64,000 nt of DNA from a bacterium (lineage in GTDB: Bacteria > UBA8248). This document shows, in pieces, positions 49,813 through 58,731 of this stretch; within the stretch, counting starts at the first letter, position 1, and each line of letters opens with the position of its first letter. The position numbers and the translations under genes were made by a program. Where the stretch lies: NCBI GenBank assembly GCA_965204535.1, contig CBDBEV010000001.1, positions 1,536,001 through 1,600,000 of the forward strand. Reading direction: 5' to 3'. The notes under the pieces are model-generated. The model searched no databases. It worked only from the letters and a program-made list of their open reading frames with translations, and was not told the origin of the DNA.

Positions 49813-50865
49813 TCACGCCGGTATTGCCGTCAGATCGGACAATTCGCCTTTCTCGAAGGTTTTGGGAGCCCACCCCGGCAAGAAGGGCGTATCCATGCGG
49901 TCGAGTTGCAAGGCGTCGCGCATCCCCTGGGGGATGCTGTCAAGCCATTCGGGTATACCCGGCAGGGGCGATGAATCGGGGTCGTAGTAGAGACCGCCCA
50001 TTTCGGGCATTCCGGTGTCAGGCCAATGGCCCTCGTCGCGCTTGAGCAGTTGCACCGGCCAGGGTTCCCTGCGGGTTTCCACCAGGAATATCTCGTCCGG
50101 CGCATTTGTGCACGCTGAGAGCAGCGAAGGGAGAAGATCTTCGCGGAATTCGAAGCTCGTAAGGCCCGGATCACCGCTTTCCAAAACCAGAACGGTACGT
50201 GCGCCATCCGCCTTGCAGGCCTGAAGCTTGGGGCATTTCCTGGAAAAGGCATCCCGGAGACTGTCCAAGCGCGGGCCTTCCATATCGTCCGGAGGAATGA
50301 ATCTGAACGAGAGTGAGCCTGGCTTTTTTTGCACGAACCGTGCAATCGGCCATTGCAGCAGTTCGAATTCACAGTCAAATCCCGGCGGGGTTCCATGAAT
50401 ACGATCATCGGACCAATAAGGATTGCGGATTGATAAGATTTGGCCGGAGCTCCGCTCGCGCAGGGATTTCTCGCTCGCGCGGATCCATTCGACGAGATCA
50501 CCAAGTGCCCGTTCTCTTTTTTTGACTCGGCCTTTGGGCAGGGAAACGTCAATCGGAAATTGCAGTTCGTAGTAGGCCGGGCTTGAGAATGGATCCGGGA
50601 TAGCTTTTCTGATGTGCTCGATGATTTGGTTCGCGACGACCACGATCGATGTCTGATTTTCGATCGACTCGATCCAAGTGTGCTCAATCACATATTCCCG
50701 GGAGCCGAGCTTCAGACGCAGATCGACAGGAGGACCGCCTCTCTCCTTGCCCGGATGGCGGACATCCGAGCGCGTCTCGCGTGTCCATTTTTCGAGGATC
50801 CTGACGACCGCGTCACACACCCTGCCCTCGTTGTTCGGCACGATCATGGCCGACGAATCCCTCAT
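49813..50865 (-). CDS. Hypothetical protein with possible PD-(D/E)XK-like motif
   Basis: 350-aa ORF with protein-like composition; PPVD...IEHT motif. Confidence 0.5.
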   Translation of the reverse strand: MRDSSAMIVPNNEGRVCDAVVRILEKWTRETRSDVRHPGKERGGPPVDLRLKLGSREYVIEHTWIESIENQTSIVVVANQIIEHIRKAIPDPFSSPAYYELQFPIDVSLPKGRVKKRERALGDLVEWIRASEKSLRERSSGQILSIRNPYWSDDRIHGTPPGFDCEFELLQWPIARFVQKKPGSLSFRFIPPDDMEGPRLDSLRDAFSRKCPKLQACKADGARTVLVLESGDPGLTSFEFREDLLPSLLSACTNAPDEIFLVETRREPWPVQLLKRDEGHWPDTGMPEMGGLYYDPDSSPLPGIPEWLDSIPQGMRDALQLDRMDTPFLPGWAPKTFEKGELSDLTAIPA

Positions 50866-51574
50866 TTTCCCTGATTTACCCGTTCCCGCTCACGGGCCAT
50901 ATATTCTATCATGCCGCGTTTGTCTGCATCGACTCGCCAAGTGCGGTTATATGCCGGTCACCGCATCTCTATGTCCAATGCGGGTGTCCATGTACGTCCA
51001 CATACGGTCATCGATACGGGATCGGGAAAACGGTACTCGAACGGAAAACTTTCAAGCTCGCGTAATCGATTCGGACCGGTCCTTGCATCTCCATACGGGC
51101 CTGCGGCCAGGAAAATGTTTGCCGACACGGATTCGCCGGAGTGCGCGGCAGTTTTAATCAATCCGCTTTCATTTTGATTACGGGCCAACCAGGGAAGATT
51201 CATGGCAACCTGTTAACTAATTTTATTACAGCACCTTACAGGATAATCGAAAATGCCCGAAACTGCTCTTGTCTCTAAGACGATCGTAATACCGATGGAA
51301 GACGGACAGGCTCTTGTTGCCTTTTCCTTCCGTCGAGAGCCTTCACGTGGTGCTGTCGCCATCTCTCCTGCCCGTGCTTGATGCACAGCACCATGCCCTG
51401 TTCGATCGTGAAGTTTCCAAATCCTATGCCACTCGCGGGTATCGCGCACGATCCCGTGCCCTTTTCTTTCGGGCGTCGCGCCCCTCGCACGCGGCGGCGC
51501 GGGCAGGTAAGACATGACATAGGCGCAAAGCGCGAGAATCAGGTGAATAATGCGAACGAAACGAGCCCGCATCA

Positions 51575-53905
51575 TCATTTCCTGCGGTCGAGAGCCATCA
51601 GCAGAGGCGGAAGAAGGAGAAAGTCGGTGAGGAGTCCGAAGATGATCGTGATCGAGACCATGAGGCCGAGCGTCCAACTGCCCTCGTAACCCGATAAGGT
51701 GAACACCAGGAAGCCCGCCGACAGAACCACGGTCGTTGTCCAGAGCGCATTTCCAACGGTCTGGAAAGTGGCGCGCACGGCCTCGGGCGCGGAAAGCCCC
51801 TCGCGGCGGCTTTTCAGGTATTTGCTCAAAAAGTGAATCGTGTCGTCCACGATGATTCCGAAAGCGATGACGGTCATCACGGAGCCGGCAAGACTCACGT
51901 GGCTTACCAGATAACCCCACAGGCCGAAGGTCATGGCGGCGGGGATGAAGTTGGGCACGAGGCTGATGAGGCCCAGGCGCACGTTTTTGAAAACCAGGAT
52001 CAGAATCAATGAAATCAGGGTCATGCCGATGAACGTTCCGCGCAGCATGCTTTCCATGTTTCGTTGCGTGAGATGAGCGAAAATCATGCTTAAACCCGAT
52101 GCTTCGGCCGCGAATTCGGGTATGTTGGCGCGCAGCCAGGCCTGCGCACGCATATCGAGATTACGCAAGCCTCGAGCCGAGACCCCCTGGACCGTTACGG
52201 TCATTCGTGTTGCGGATTTCGCGACGTCGATGCGGTCGTTGAGGTCGGCGCCGAACGGAAGGGAAAACTCGTAAAGCAGCAGATATTGCGCGGCGAGCCT
52301 GGGGTTCTCAGGCAAACGATGGAAAGCCGGATCGTCACCGTGCATGTTCTTGTTCAGGCGCTTCATGATATTCGTGAAGGCCCGGACGTGGGTGACTTCG
52401 GGCTGTTTTCGGTACCAATCGGCGAAGGCCTCGACTTTTTTCAAGTATTCAGGGTCGGTAATGCCGCCCTCGCGCCCCGCTTTCAGCGAGTATTCCAGCG
52501 AATTGAGACCGGTCAGGTTCTTGATGACGAAATCCGTGTCGCGCCGGAACCGGTATCGCTCATCGAACTGTTTCGTCCAATCCTCGCTCAGTTCGTTTCG
52601 GGGGATGCCGGTGAGCAAAGCAATCGTCAAAATGGAGACGAACGAGAGCAGAAACGCGCGGCGTTCGACGACGAATGCGCCGAAGCGATCGAAAAAGCCG
52701 GACCCCTCATTGCGGCGGCGAGGCGCGCGCAGAGGCAGGATCGAGAGCAACGCAGGCAGAAGCGTCATGGAGTAGAAGAAGACGCACAAAACCCCGAACG
52801 CCACCAGATTGCCCAGTTCCTGAAAGGGCGGTGAATCCGAGGTGTTCAGGCTCAAGAACCCGATTGCGGTCGTTAGCGAGGTGAGAAAAACCGGCCAGAT
52901 GTTGCTGCGAAGCGATTCCATAATCGCCGCGTTCCTGTCCAGACCTTTTCGCATGGCCAGAAGAGTGGCCGAGACGATGTGGATCGAATGGGCAACGGCG
53001 ATCACCATGACGATGATCGGGAGGCCGGCGGTGATGGGGCTGAACACCAGGCCTGCCCACCCGGTGAATCCCATGGTGGTGTTGATGGAGAATATGATCA
53101 CGAAAACGATGGCCAGGGTGCCGAGTACGGAGCGAAGCAGAAGGGCCGTACCGATTATGACGACGAAAAATGCGATGGGCCCGATGTTCTCCATGGTACC
53201 CGCGGTAGCATCGGCGACGGTGCGGTTCAAGACGATGTTGCCGGTCAGGTAGTATTCAAAGTCGGGACGACTCGTGCGGGCCTTGCCCAGAAGGGCGTTC
53301 AGATAATCGGTTATCTCAACTGCCACATGTTCTTTTTTTTCGGGCAAGACGAATGTGATCGCCAACCCACTCACGCGCCCGTCCCGGGAGATCAGACGCC
53401 CGACGAGGTCTGCGGAGTTCAGCGCAGTCTTCCTGATTCTCGCGAGGTCGGCGTCACCGAGCGCGCTCGCGTCATCGACGAGCGGCTCGACGATCAAGTC
53501 ATCTCCCTCCGCCCAACTGTGGTTATAGTTCGTGAGAGAGTCGACCCGGCTCGAATGAGGCGTCTTCCAGGCGGCTTCGGTCAACTCCTCCATGGCGCCG
53601 AGCGCCCTGCGGGTGAACACCGAGCCCTCCCGGGGCGCAATGGCGATGAGCGCGGTATCGGACTTGGAATAGGTATTCTGCAAGGTATCGAAAGCGGCGA
53701 GTTGGGGATTGTCTTCGCCCAACAAAATACGATAATCATCCGAGACGGTGATGTAGCGCGCTCCCGCCGTCATAAGCGCCATGAGCAGAGAAACCAACCC
53801 GACGACCAGCCAACGGCGGCGCAGAACAAGGTCTGAATAGTGATCCACCTGCAAGAGATTCATCGCCTCAGTGAGAAAGGCCGGGGATCGCTCCGCGTTG
53901 TACAA
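51575..53905 (-). CDS. MMPL/RND-family membrane transporter
   Basis: Two repeats of TM plus large loop plus 5 TM; TSLTTAIGFLSL, FGIIVDDTIHFL. Confidence 0.9.
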   Translation of the reverse strand: MYNAERSPAFLTEAMNLLQVDHYSDLVLRRRWLVVGLVSLLMALMTAGARYITVSDDYRILLGEDNPQLAAFDTLQNTYSKSDTALIAIAPREGSVFTRRALGAMEELTEAAWKTPHSSRVDSLTNYNHSWAEGDDLIVEPLVDDASALGDADLARIRKTALNSADLVGRLISRDGRVSGLAITFVLPEKKEHVAVEITDYLNALLGKARTSRPDFEYYLTGNIVLNRTVADATAGTMENIGPIAFFVVIIGTALLLRSVLGTLAIVFVIIFSINTTMGFTGWAGLVFSPITAGLPIIVMVIAVAHSIHIVSATLLAMRKGLDRNAAIMESLRSNIWPVFLTSLTTAIGFLSLNTSDSPPFQELGNLVAFGVLCVFFYSMTLLPALLSILPLRAPRRRNEGSGFFDRFGAFVVERRAFLLSFVSILTIALLTGIPRNELSEDWTKQFDERYRFRRDTDFVIKNLTGLNSLEYSLKAGREGGITDPEYLKKVEAFADWYRKQPEVTHVRAFTNIMKRLNKNMHGDDPAFHRLPENPRLAAQYLLLYEFSLPFGADLNDRIDVAKSATRMTVTVQGVSARGLRNLDMRAQAWLRANIPEFAAEASGLSMIFAHLTQRNMESMLRGTFIGMTLISLILILVFKNVRLGLISLVPNFIPAAMTFGLWGYLVSHVSLAGSVMTVIAFGIIVDDTIHFLSKYLKSRREGLSAPEAVRATFQTVGNALWTTTVVLSAGFLVFTLSGYEGSWTLGLMVSITIIFGLLTDFLLLPPLLMALDRRK

Positions 53906-53967
53906 CTCAAGCGCAAAGCAGTTGATTCACCTGGTGTATGCAATTCAAATCACGTCACAGGGATCGT

Positions 53968-55149
53968 TCACCATGGACTGGATTGCGAAGCGCGAACGTG
54001 ATCGGGCATCCTGTAGCTGATGCCTCCCCTGTCGTATTGCGCGGCGTCGAAAATCTGGGAGAACGCGTTTTGCCGGAAGAGCGCATTGCCACTCAGCATC
54101 TCGAAAAGGCGTTCCCTGAACCGGTAATAGCCCAGCACCAGGGTTCTGCTCCTCAGGGTTTTCGGATACTGGTAGGTGTCGGCGAGTTCGTTGCCTATGA
54201 GCGCTCGCGAGAGGCGGTAGGCGTACTTTTCCAGAGATTTGATTTGGGCTTCATCCGTCAGGCCCGACATTATCAGAATGGCCTTGAATACCGTATTCGC
54301 CACGGCCAGACAATCGGAGTCAGGCGGCGGTTCGCACATGGAAGCGACCTCGCGAAGGTCTCTGGCCTCTTGCTCGCTGGTGAACAGTATGGTTTCGGGA
54401 ACTCCAAGTAGATAGCCGGCGTAGCGCCAGATACTGACGATGCTCTCCTTTTCCTCCTGCGTGAGCCTGCCGCCCAGCGAAATCGCGTGTTCGAACTGGC
54501 GAATCGAGAAGGTGTACAGGGAAACCCCGCCTATGTGGGCCGCGCTCAGCGGCAACCCCCAGGCTTCGTGATCCCACTCGTCGGAATTCTTCAGCAGATG
54601 CCTGATCCGGGCATGGACGAAGCGGATGCGCATGGATATCTTCCATCCGTCGCCCTCTCTGCCCAGGCCGCCGGGAAAATATATCTCGACCATGTGGCGG
54701 TTGTTTTGCCGGAGGCGTCTGATGGCGCCGTCATCCAGTCCGGTCACGCGTCCGGTGATGAAGAAGGATTTGGCGACGAGCGTCCCGAAGCCTTCCACCG
54801 CGCTGCCGACGGCGTATGCGATGAGCATGTTGGTCATGTTTCTGTAGAAGGCGCGCATGCCCGGCCCGAAGGCCTCGAAGTCGACCCAGGGGGGCACGTC
54901 GGGATCGACTTTCTCGAAGAAATCGCGCAGGACTTTCGGCGCATCGCGCAGAACACCTTCATGCTGTTCTATGCCGGCCTCGATGAACGCGTGCAGATCA
55001 TAGGAAGGTAAAGAGGCAAGCTCCTCCATGACCGGGTCCAGGTCGGCATCGCCTATGGTGGTGTGCCGGATGTAGTTGTCCGCCGCCGCCTCATCGTGGA
55101 GGCGGGCTTCGGCGTAACCTTCGGTATACGCTGATGGACACTTCTCCAT
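53968..55149 (-). CDS. MpaB/Lcp-like (DUF2236) oxygenase-family protein
   Basis: GD...D.V, P.WVD, TGR......RRL, RIRFVHARIR, W....WG.P, WRYAGYLLGVPE. Confidence 0.82.
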   Translation of the reverse strand: MEKCPSAYTEGYAEARLHDEAAADNYIRHTTIGDADLDPVMEELASLPSYDLHAFIEAGIEQHEGVLRDAPKVLRDFFEKVDPDVPPWVDFEAFGPGMRAFYRNMTNMLIAYAVGSAVEGFGTLVAKSFFITGRVTGLDDGAIRRLRQNNRHMVEIYFPGGLGREGDGWKISMRIRFVHARIRHLLKNSDEWDHEAWGLPLSAAHIGGVSLYTFSIRQFEHAISLGGRLTQEEKESIVSIWRYAGYLLGVPETILFTSEQEARDLREVASMCEPPPDSDCLAVANTVFKAILIMSGLTDEAQIKSLEKYAYRLSRALIGNELADTYQYPKTLRSRTLVLGYYRFRERLFEMLSGNALFRQNAFSQIFDAAQYDRGGISYRMPDHVRASQSSPW

Positions 55150-55178
55150 ATCAGTATCCTCGCAATAGTTTCCGGCGG

Positions 55179-55484
55179 CTAAACCTCCGGTTGACCCACA
55201 GGAGCGTCCGCGGAACTCTCTTCAACCTTCATGCCGGCTGAAGACACTCCATGGTCAGGACCTGGCCGCCTGTCATCGTTTCTAGGGCCGCCGGAACATG
55301 CCGTTCTCTCGATGGCGGGAAACCGAATCCGCTTGTTTGCCAATTCGGGGTTACCCGCAAACCCTCTGGCCTCCTCTTTCATGTGCCTGATCGCCTTATC
55401 CAGCAAGTTCAAATGTTGAACCCGCCGCCGGCACCTCCATGCCACGATGACGGCCACAACCAGGAGTACGGCGATGTAAGTCAT
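55179..55484 (-). CDS. Small hypothetical protein with N-terminal hydrophobic helix
   Basis: AAGGA RBS; YIAVLLVVAVIVAW; first gene of the leftward run. Confidence 0.5.
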   Translation of the reverse strand: MTYIAVLLVVAVIVAWRCRRRVQHLNLLDKAIRHMKEEARGFAGNPELANKRIRFPAIERTACSGGPRNDDRRPGPDHGVSSAGMKVEESSADAPVGQPEV

Positions 55485-55540
55485 GACTTGTTTCCTTGGT
55501 CCGTCTCCAAAGGCGAGCCGCCTCGCATCCGGCCTGCCCG

Positions 55541-55739
55541 CCGCTAATTGTTATTATCGGATGTGAGAAGCCCCGTTCTCCGCCGGGAGAAGCGTTTCGG
55601 GGCGCATATGGGCCGTAAATGAGCGAAACATGAGCGAAAAAAGACGCAAAACGGCGCCCGAAACCCCTCCGGGGACCCCGGAATCGCGCTTGACATGGCC
55701 TTGAGAGGTGTTATGTTTTCCGATAATAACAATTAGCGG
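55541..55739. promoter_or_regulatory. Promoter-containing segment bounded by perfect 21-bp inverted repeats (candidate invertible switch 2)
   Basis: CCGCTAATTGTTATTATCGGA (55541-55561) and TCCGATAATAACAATTAGCGG (55719-55739); TTGACA 55690-55695 and TGnTATGTT 55709-55717; interior homologous to switch 1. Confidence 0.8.
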
Positions 55740-55752
55740 ATTCCAAAAACCC

Positions 55753-55791
55753 GCCGTTTCGCCGGTATTCCCCTGCGAAACGGCTTTTTTT
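55753..55791 (+). terminator. Intrinsic terminator just right of switch 2
   Basis: GCCGTTTCGC-(12 nt)-GCGAAACGGC followed by T7. Confidence 0.75.
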
Positions 55792-55855
55792 ATTGGAAAT
55801 TCCCCGCCGTCGTCTATACTCGGCAATCGACGAGGCCCTGGAGCGGCCTCAGGGA

Positions 55856-56836
55856 ATGGAAACGGCCGCCGACCCGGAAGGTTGGCTTCTCGCCATGACG
55901 ACTGGGGCAACACCGCCCGACCCGGAACAGGACATCGCTTTGACGAGAAGGCCGGCCCGACCGGCCCGTGCGGCCGCCGACCTGGCGAAGGCGTCGATGT
56001 CTAAGAACACGCGGCGAGTGTACGAGACGGCCCTGCGGAGGTTCGAGCGCTCGGGAAACCCCGAGACCGACGCCGGGATAGCGGCGTACCTGGGGGATCT
56101 CTACGAACAGGGGCACTCGGCGGCCGTGGCCGCGATGGCGGTCGCGGCGCTTCGCTTCCGGGCGAAGCTGAACGGCCGGCCCTCCCCGGCGGGGGCGGCC
56201 TCGGAGCGGGTGCTGGCCGGCTTCAGGCGCCTGGCCGCAGAGCGCGGCCGCGGCCAGGTGGTGGGGGTGCGCTGGGAGCAGGCGGACCGCGCGGCGGCGC
56301 TGGCCGAGGGGACGGGGACCCTGGGGGGCCTGCGCGACGCGGCGATCGTGGCGGTGGCGAGCGACGCCCTGCTCCGGGTGTCGGAGGTCGAGGCGCTCGA
56401 CATCGAGGACGTGGACCTGAAGGAGCAGACGGTGCTGATCCGCCGCTCGAAGACGGACCAGGAGGGTGTGGGCGTCGTGCAGTACCTCGGAGAACCGACC
56501 GTGGCGCGCGTCGGGGCCTGGCTGGCGCGCGCGAGTATCGAGGAGGGAGCGCTCTTCCGGGGCCTGTACAAGGGGGGACGGCTTCGGCCCGGGCGCCTGA
56601 CGGACAGGAGCATCCGGAGCATCATCGCGCGGTGGGGGAAGGCCGCGGGCGCCGAGGGGCGCGTGAGCGGCCACAGCCTCCGGGTGGGGGGCGCGCAGAG
56701 CCTGGCCTCGGCGGGGGCGTCGCTGGTCGAGATGCAACTCGCCGGGCGCTGGCAGTCGCCGGCCATGCCGGGACGCTACGCGCAGGGACAGATCGCGAAA
56801 CAGGGCGCCGTGGCGAGGCTGCGATACGGCCTGTGA
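55856..56836 (+). CDS. Tyrosine recombinase, Cre/TnpS-like (copy 2)
   Basis: Same catalytic motifs; C-terminal half nearly identical to copy 1; start uncertain (ATG 55856 chosen). Confidence 0.92.
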   Translation: METAADPEGWLLAMTTGATPPDPEQDIALTRRPARPARAAADLAKASMSKNTRRVYETALRRFERSGNPETDAGIAAYLGDLYEQGHSAAVAAMAVAALRFRAKLNGRPSPAGAASERVLAGFRRLAAERGRGQVVGVRWEQADRAAALAEGTGTLGGLRDAAIVAVASDALLRVSEVEALDIEDVDLKEQTVLIRRSKTDQEGVGVVQYLGEPTVARVGAWLARASIEEGALFRGLYKGGRLRPGRLTDRSIRSIIARWGKAAGAEGRVSGHSLRVGGAQSLASAGASLVEMQLAGRWQSPAMPGRYAQGQIAKQGAVARLRYGL

Positions 56837-56859
56837 GATCCGTCCGGGATGAGCCCGGC

Positions 56860-57025
56860 CTCATCGAGACTTTCGTCGAGACCCCGCGCTGCACCGGCCC
56901 CGTCTGGAGGGCATCGGGATGGGCCCGCGTCGGCGCCACACAGGAACAGACGCTACGACAAGCCTGGAAAGGACGTCTGGCTGAGGCCGCTCCGCAGCAA
57001 CCGGAAGCAGGTCCTCAACCGCTGA
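56860..57025 (+). pseudogene. DUF4338 3' remnant
   Basis: LIETFVETPRCTG..WRASGW..VG.T and DKPGKDVWLRPL...KQVLNR; homologous to 42712-42900 in the opposite orientation. Confidence 0.75.
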
Positions 57026-57058
57026 AACAACTCCCATCACCCTGCCGCCGAATCGTTA

Positions 57059-57873
57059 TTGCGCCAGGCTAAGCCCTGGAGAGGAGGATGCCATGACCTG
57101 GAACCTCTTATAGCGACTCAGCGGGTTCGACCCCCGTCCGGCAAAGGCGAAGCCGTCCAGCCAAAAGCGAGTCTTGCATGGCGTGCGGCAACGCGCGTCG
57201 TGAAGCGTCGACAGCAGGTGACGAAGCGGCGGGATAAGCCTCGAAATCGGCCAATCGATGACGCCTTCATTGTTAAGCAGGTGGGGGCAGCACCGGAAGC
57301 GCCGCTATCGGCGAGGCGCAACGGGTCGTCCGGGGTCGTGGGCCGGCGCAAAGTCACGGGATGGGTCGCCAGGGAACCTGGGAGATCCTGCTCCTGCCCG
57401 TGGGCAAGGATGCTGGAAAGGGGATGCCGGCATGCAAATCCAGGCCCCGGCCCGTCGCCGGGCCTGTACGGCGGCGGGAGCGCTATATGGCGGACACGAA
57501 CCCGGCAGGCGTCCGCGGAGCCGACCGGCGAAAACAATAAGCCGAAGGACATGCAAGGGCAGGAAGTCGTAGCGCCCTGATAGTACCGCTGAAGGCGGGG
57601 AACCGTGGCCATCGGGACCCGCCGGAGGGAAGCGGGGCGTCATCTGTACAGAGCCACTGATGGGAAACGTTGGAGGAAACCCTGAGTTCCACGAACACGT
57701 ACACGAAACAGCAGTGGATAGCCGAACAGGCGAGGGAGCGGTCATTCCTCGACCTGCGGATTAAGGGCGCAAAGCTCCTTGAGCGAACCTGTCAGGTGAG
57801 GAACCGAGTGCGTCAATCGCGCACGCTCGGGTCTGTGGGGGGCGGGGCGCAGCAATGCCCCCGCCTACCCGGC
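57059..57873 (+). mobile_element. Group II intron lacking most of its RT ORF
   Basis: 5' TTGCG; ATAGTACCGCTGAAG...GGAGGGAAG motif; domain V GAACCGAGTGCG-TCAATC-GCGCACGCTCGGGTC (57801-57833); domain VI hairpin with bulged A; stub TKQQWIAEQAR. Confidence 0.82.
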
Positions 57874-58731
57874 CCCGGTCTGTAAACGTTTATCCAAGCC
57901 GTGACGGATTAGGTCTCAGAGCCAAACAGAGACGAATTGACGGTGACCTCTACGAGAAGAAAGTCGATGTCGGAATGCCATCCATGCACCGAAATTGCCC
58001 GAACATCCTGCGGCCTTGGGTGGTACCGAAGAATTAGGCCGGGCCAGCTACGTTTAGACAGCCACCGAATTACCGCTATTTAGGTGCTGTCATCACGGCC
58101 CGGATGAACGGATACCGGTCTTCGACGACTCGCGCCCCCTGGGATGCTCCGGGGTTGTAATGAGTCCGCTTGCGTTTTGATTACATTTATTTCAATGAAT
58201 TTATAACCAGATTAAAAACAATAATTTAATTTTTATATTCTGGATAATTCGAGAAAATCCCATAAAATTCGATAAATTTACGGGGTATTTCTAAAAATTG
58301 TTTTCCCGAATACTCTCCCCGCGCGGGCGCACTTACTCCCGCGATCGGGATGATTCGGAGTATAAGGGGTTTCCGGCGAAAGCCGCGACGGCAAATGCGG
58401 GGAACTGCAGGGGTGAAGTCGCGCCCGGGCGTTCGCGTATTCCACAATATCCAGTCGCTCAAATAGATATTCCACACAATATATGGGCCGTTCTTGCCGC
58501 GAAGACGCCAGAACCCGCTCTGAAAGTCAATTCCATAAAAACAACTCATTAAATATCAATGGTTTATAAAAATTATTACAAGAAGCGCTTTAAGGACATT
58601 TGCGGGGCTTTAATTTTTTAATTCTCATAAAACAAATAAATACAATATGATGCAGTTGTTAATGAAAAAATTACTTGAAATAAATTCGCGGCCCTTGCTA
58701 TATTCCCCAATGTTCCAATCCGTCCCGTTGG

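Noticed and set aside
57040-57060. Third recombinase site (CCTGCCGCCGAATCGTTATT resembles the switch-1 left arm)
   Set aside because: Needs gaps, has no dyad or partner, and the final TT belongs to the intron start; more likely a transposon end
57110-57145. tRNA (GGTTCGACCCC T-loop-like motif)
   Set aside because: No cloverleaf or CCA end; lies inside group II intron domain I. No tRNA or att site was found at the island edge
57670-57885. Retron or DGR reverse transcriptase diversifying the lipoproteins
   Set aside because: No YADD-type RT in the window and no adenine-specific TR/VR pair seen
58170-58700. dif/oriC-like site in the AT-rich boundary region
   Set aside because: Only loose imperfect repeats; no convincing XerC/D site or DnaA-box cluster
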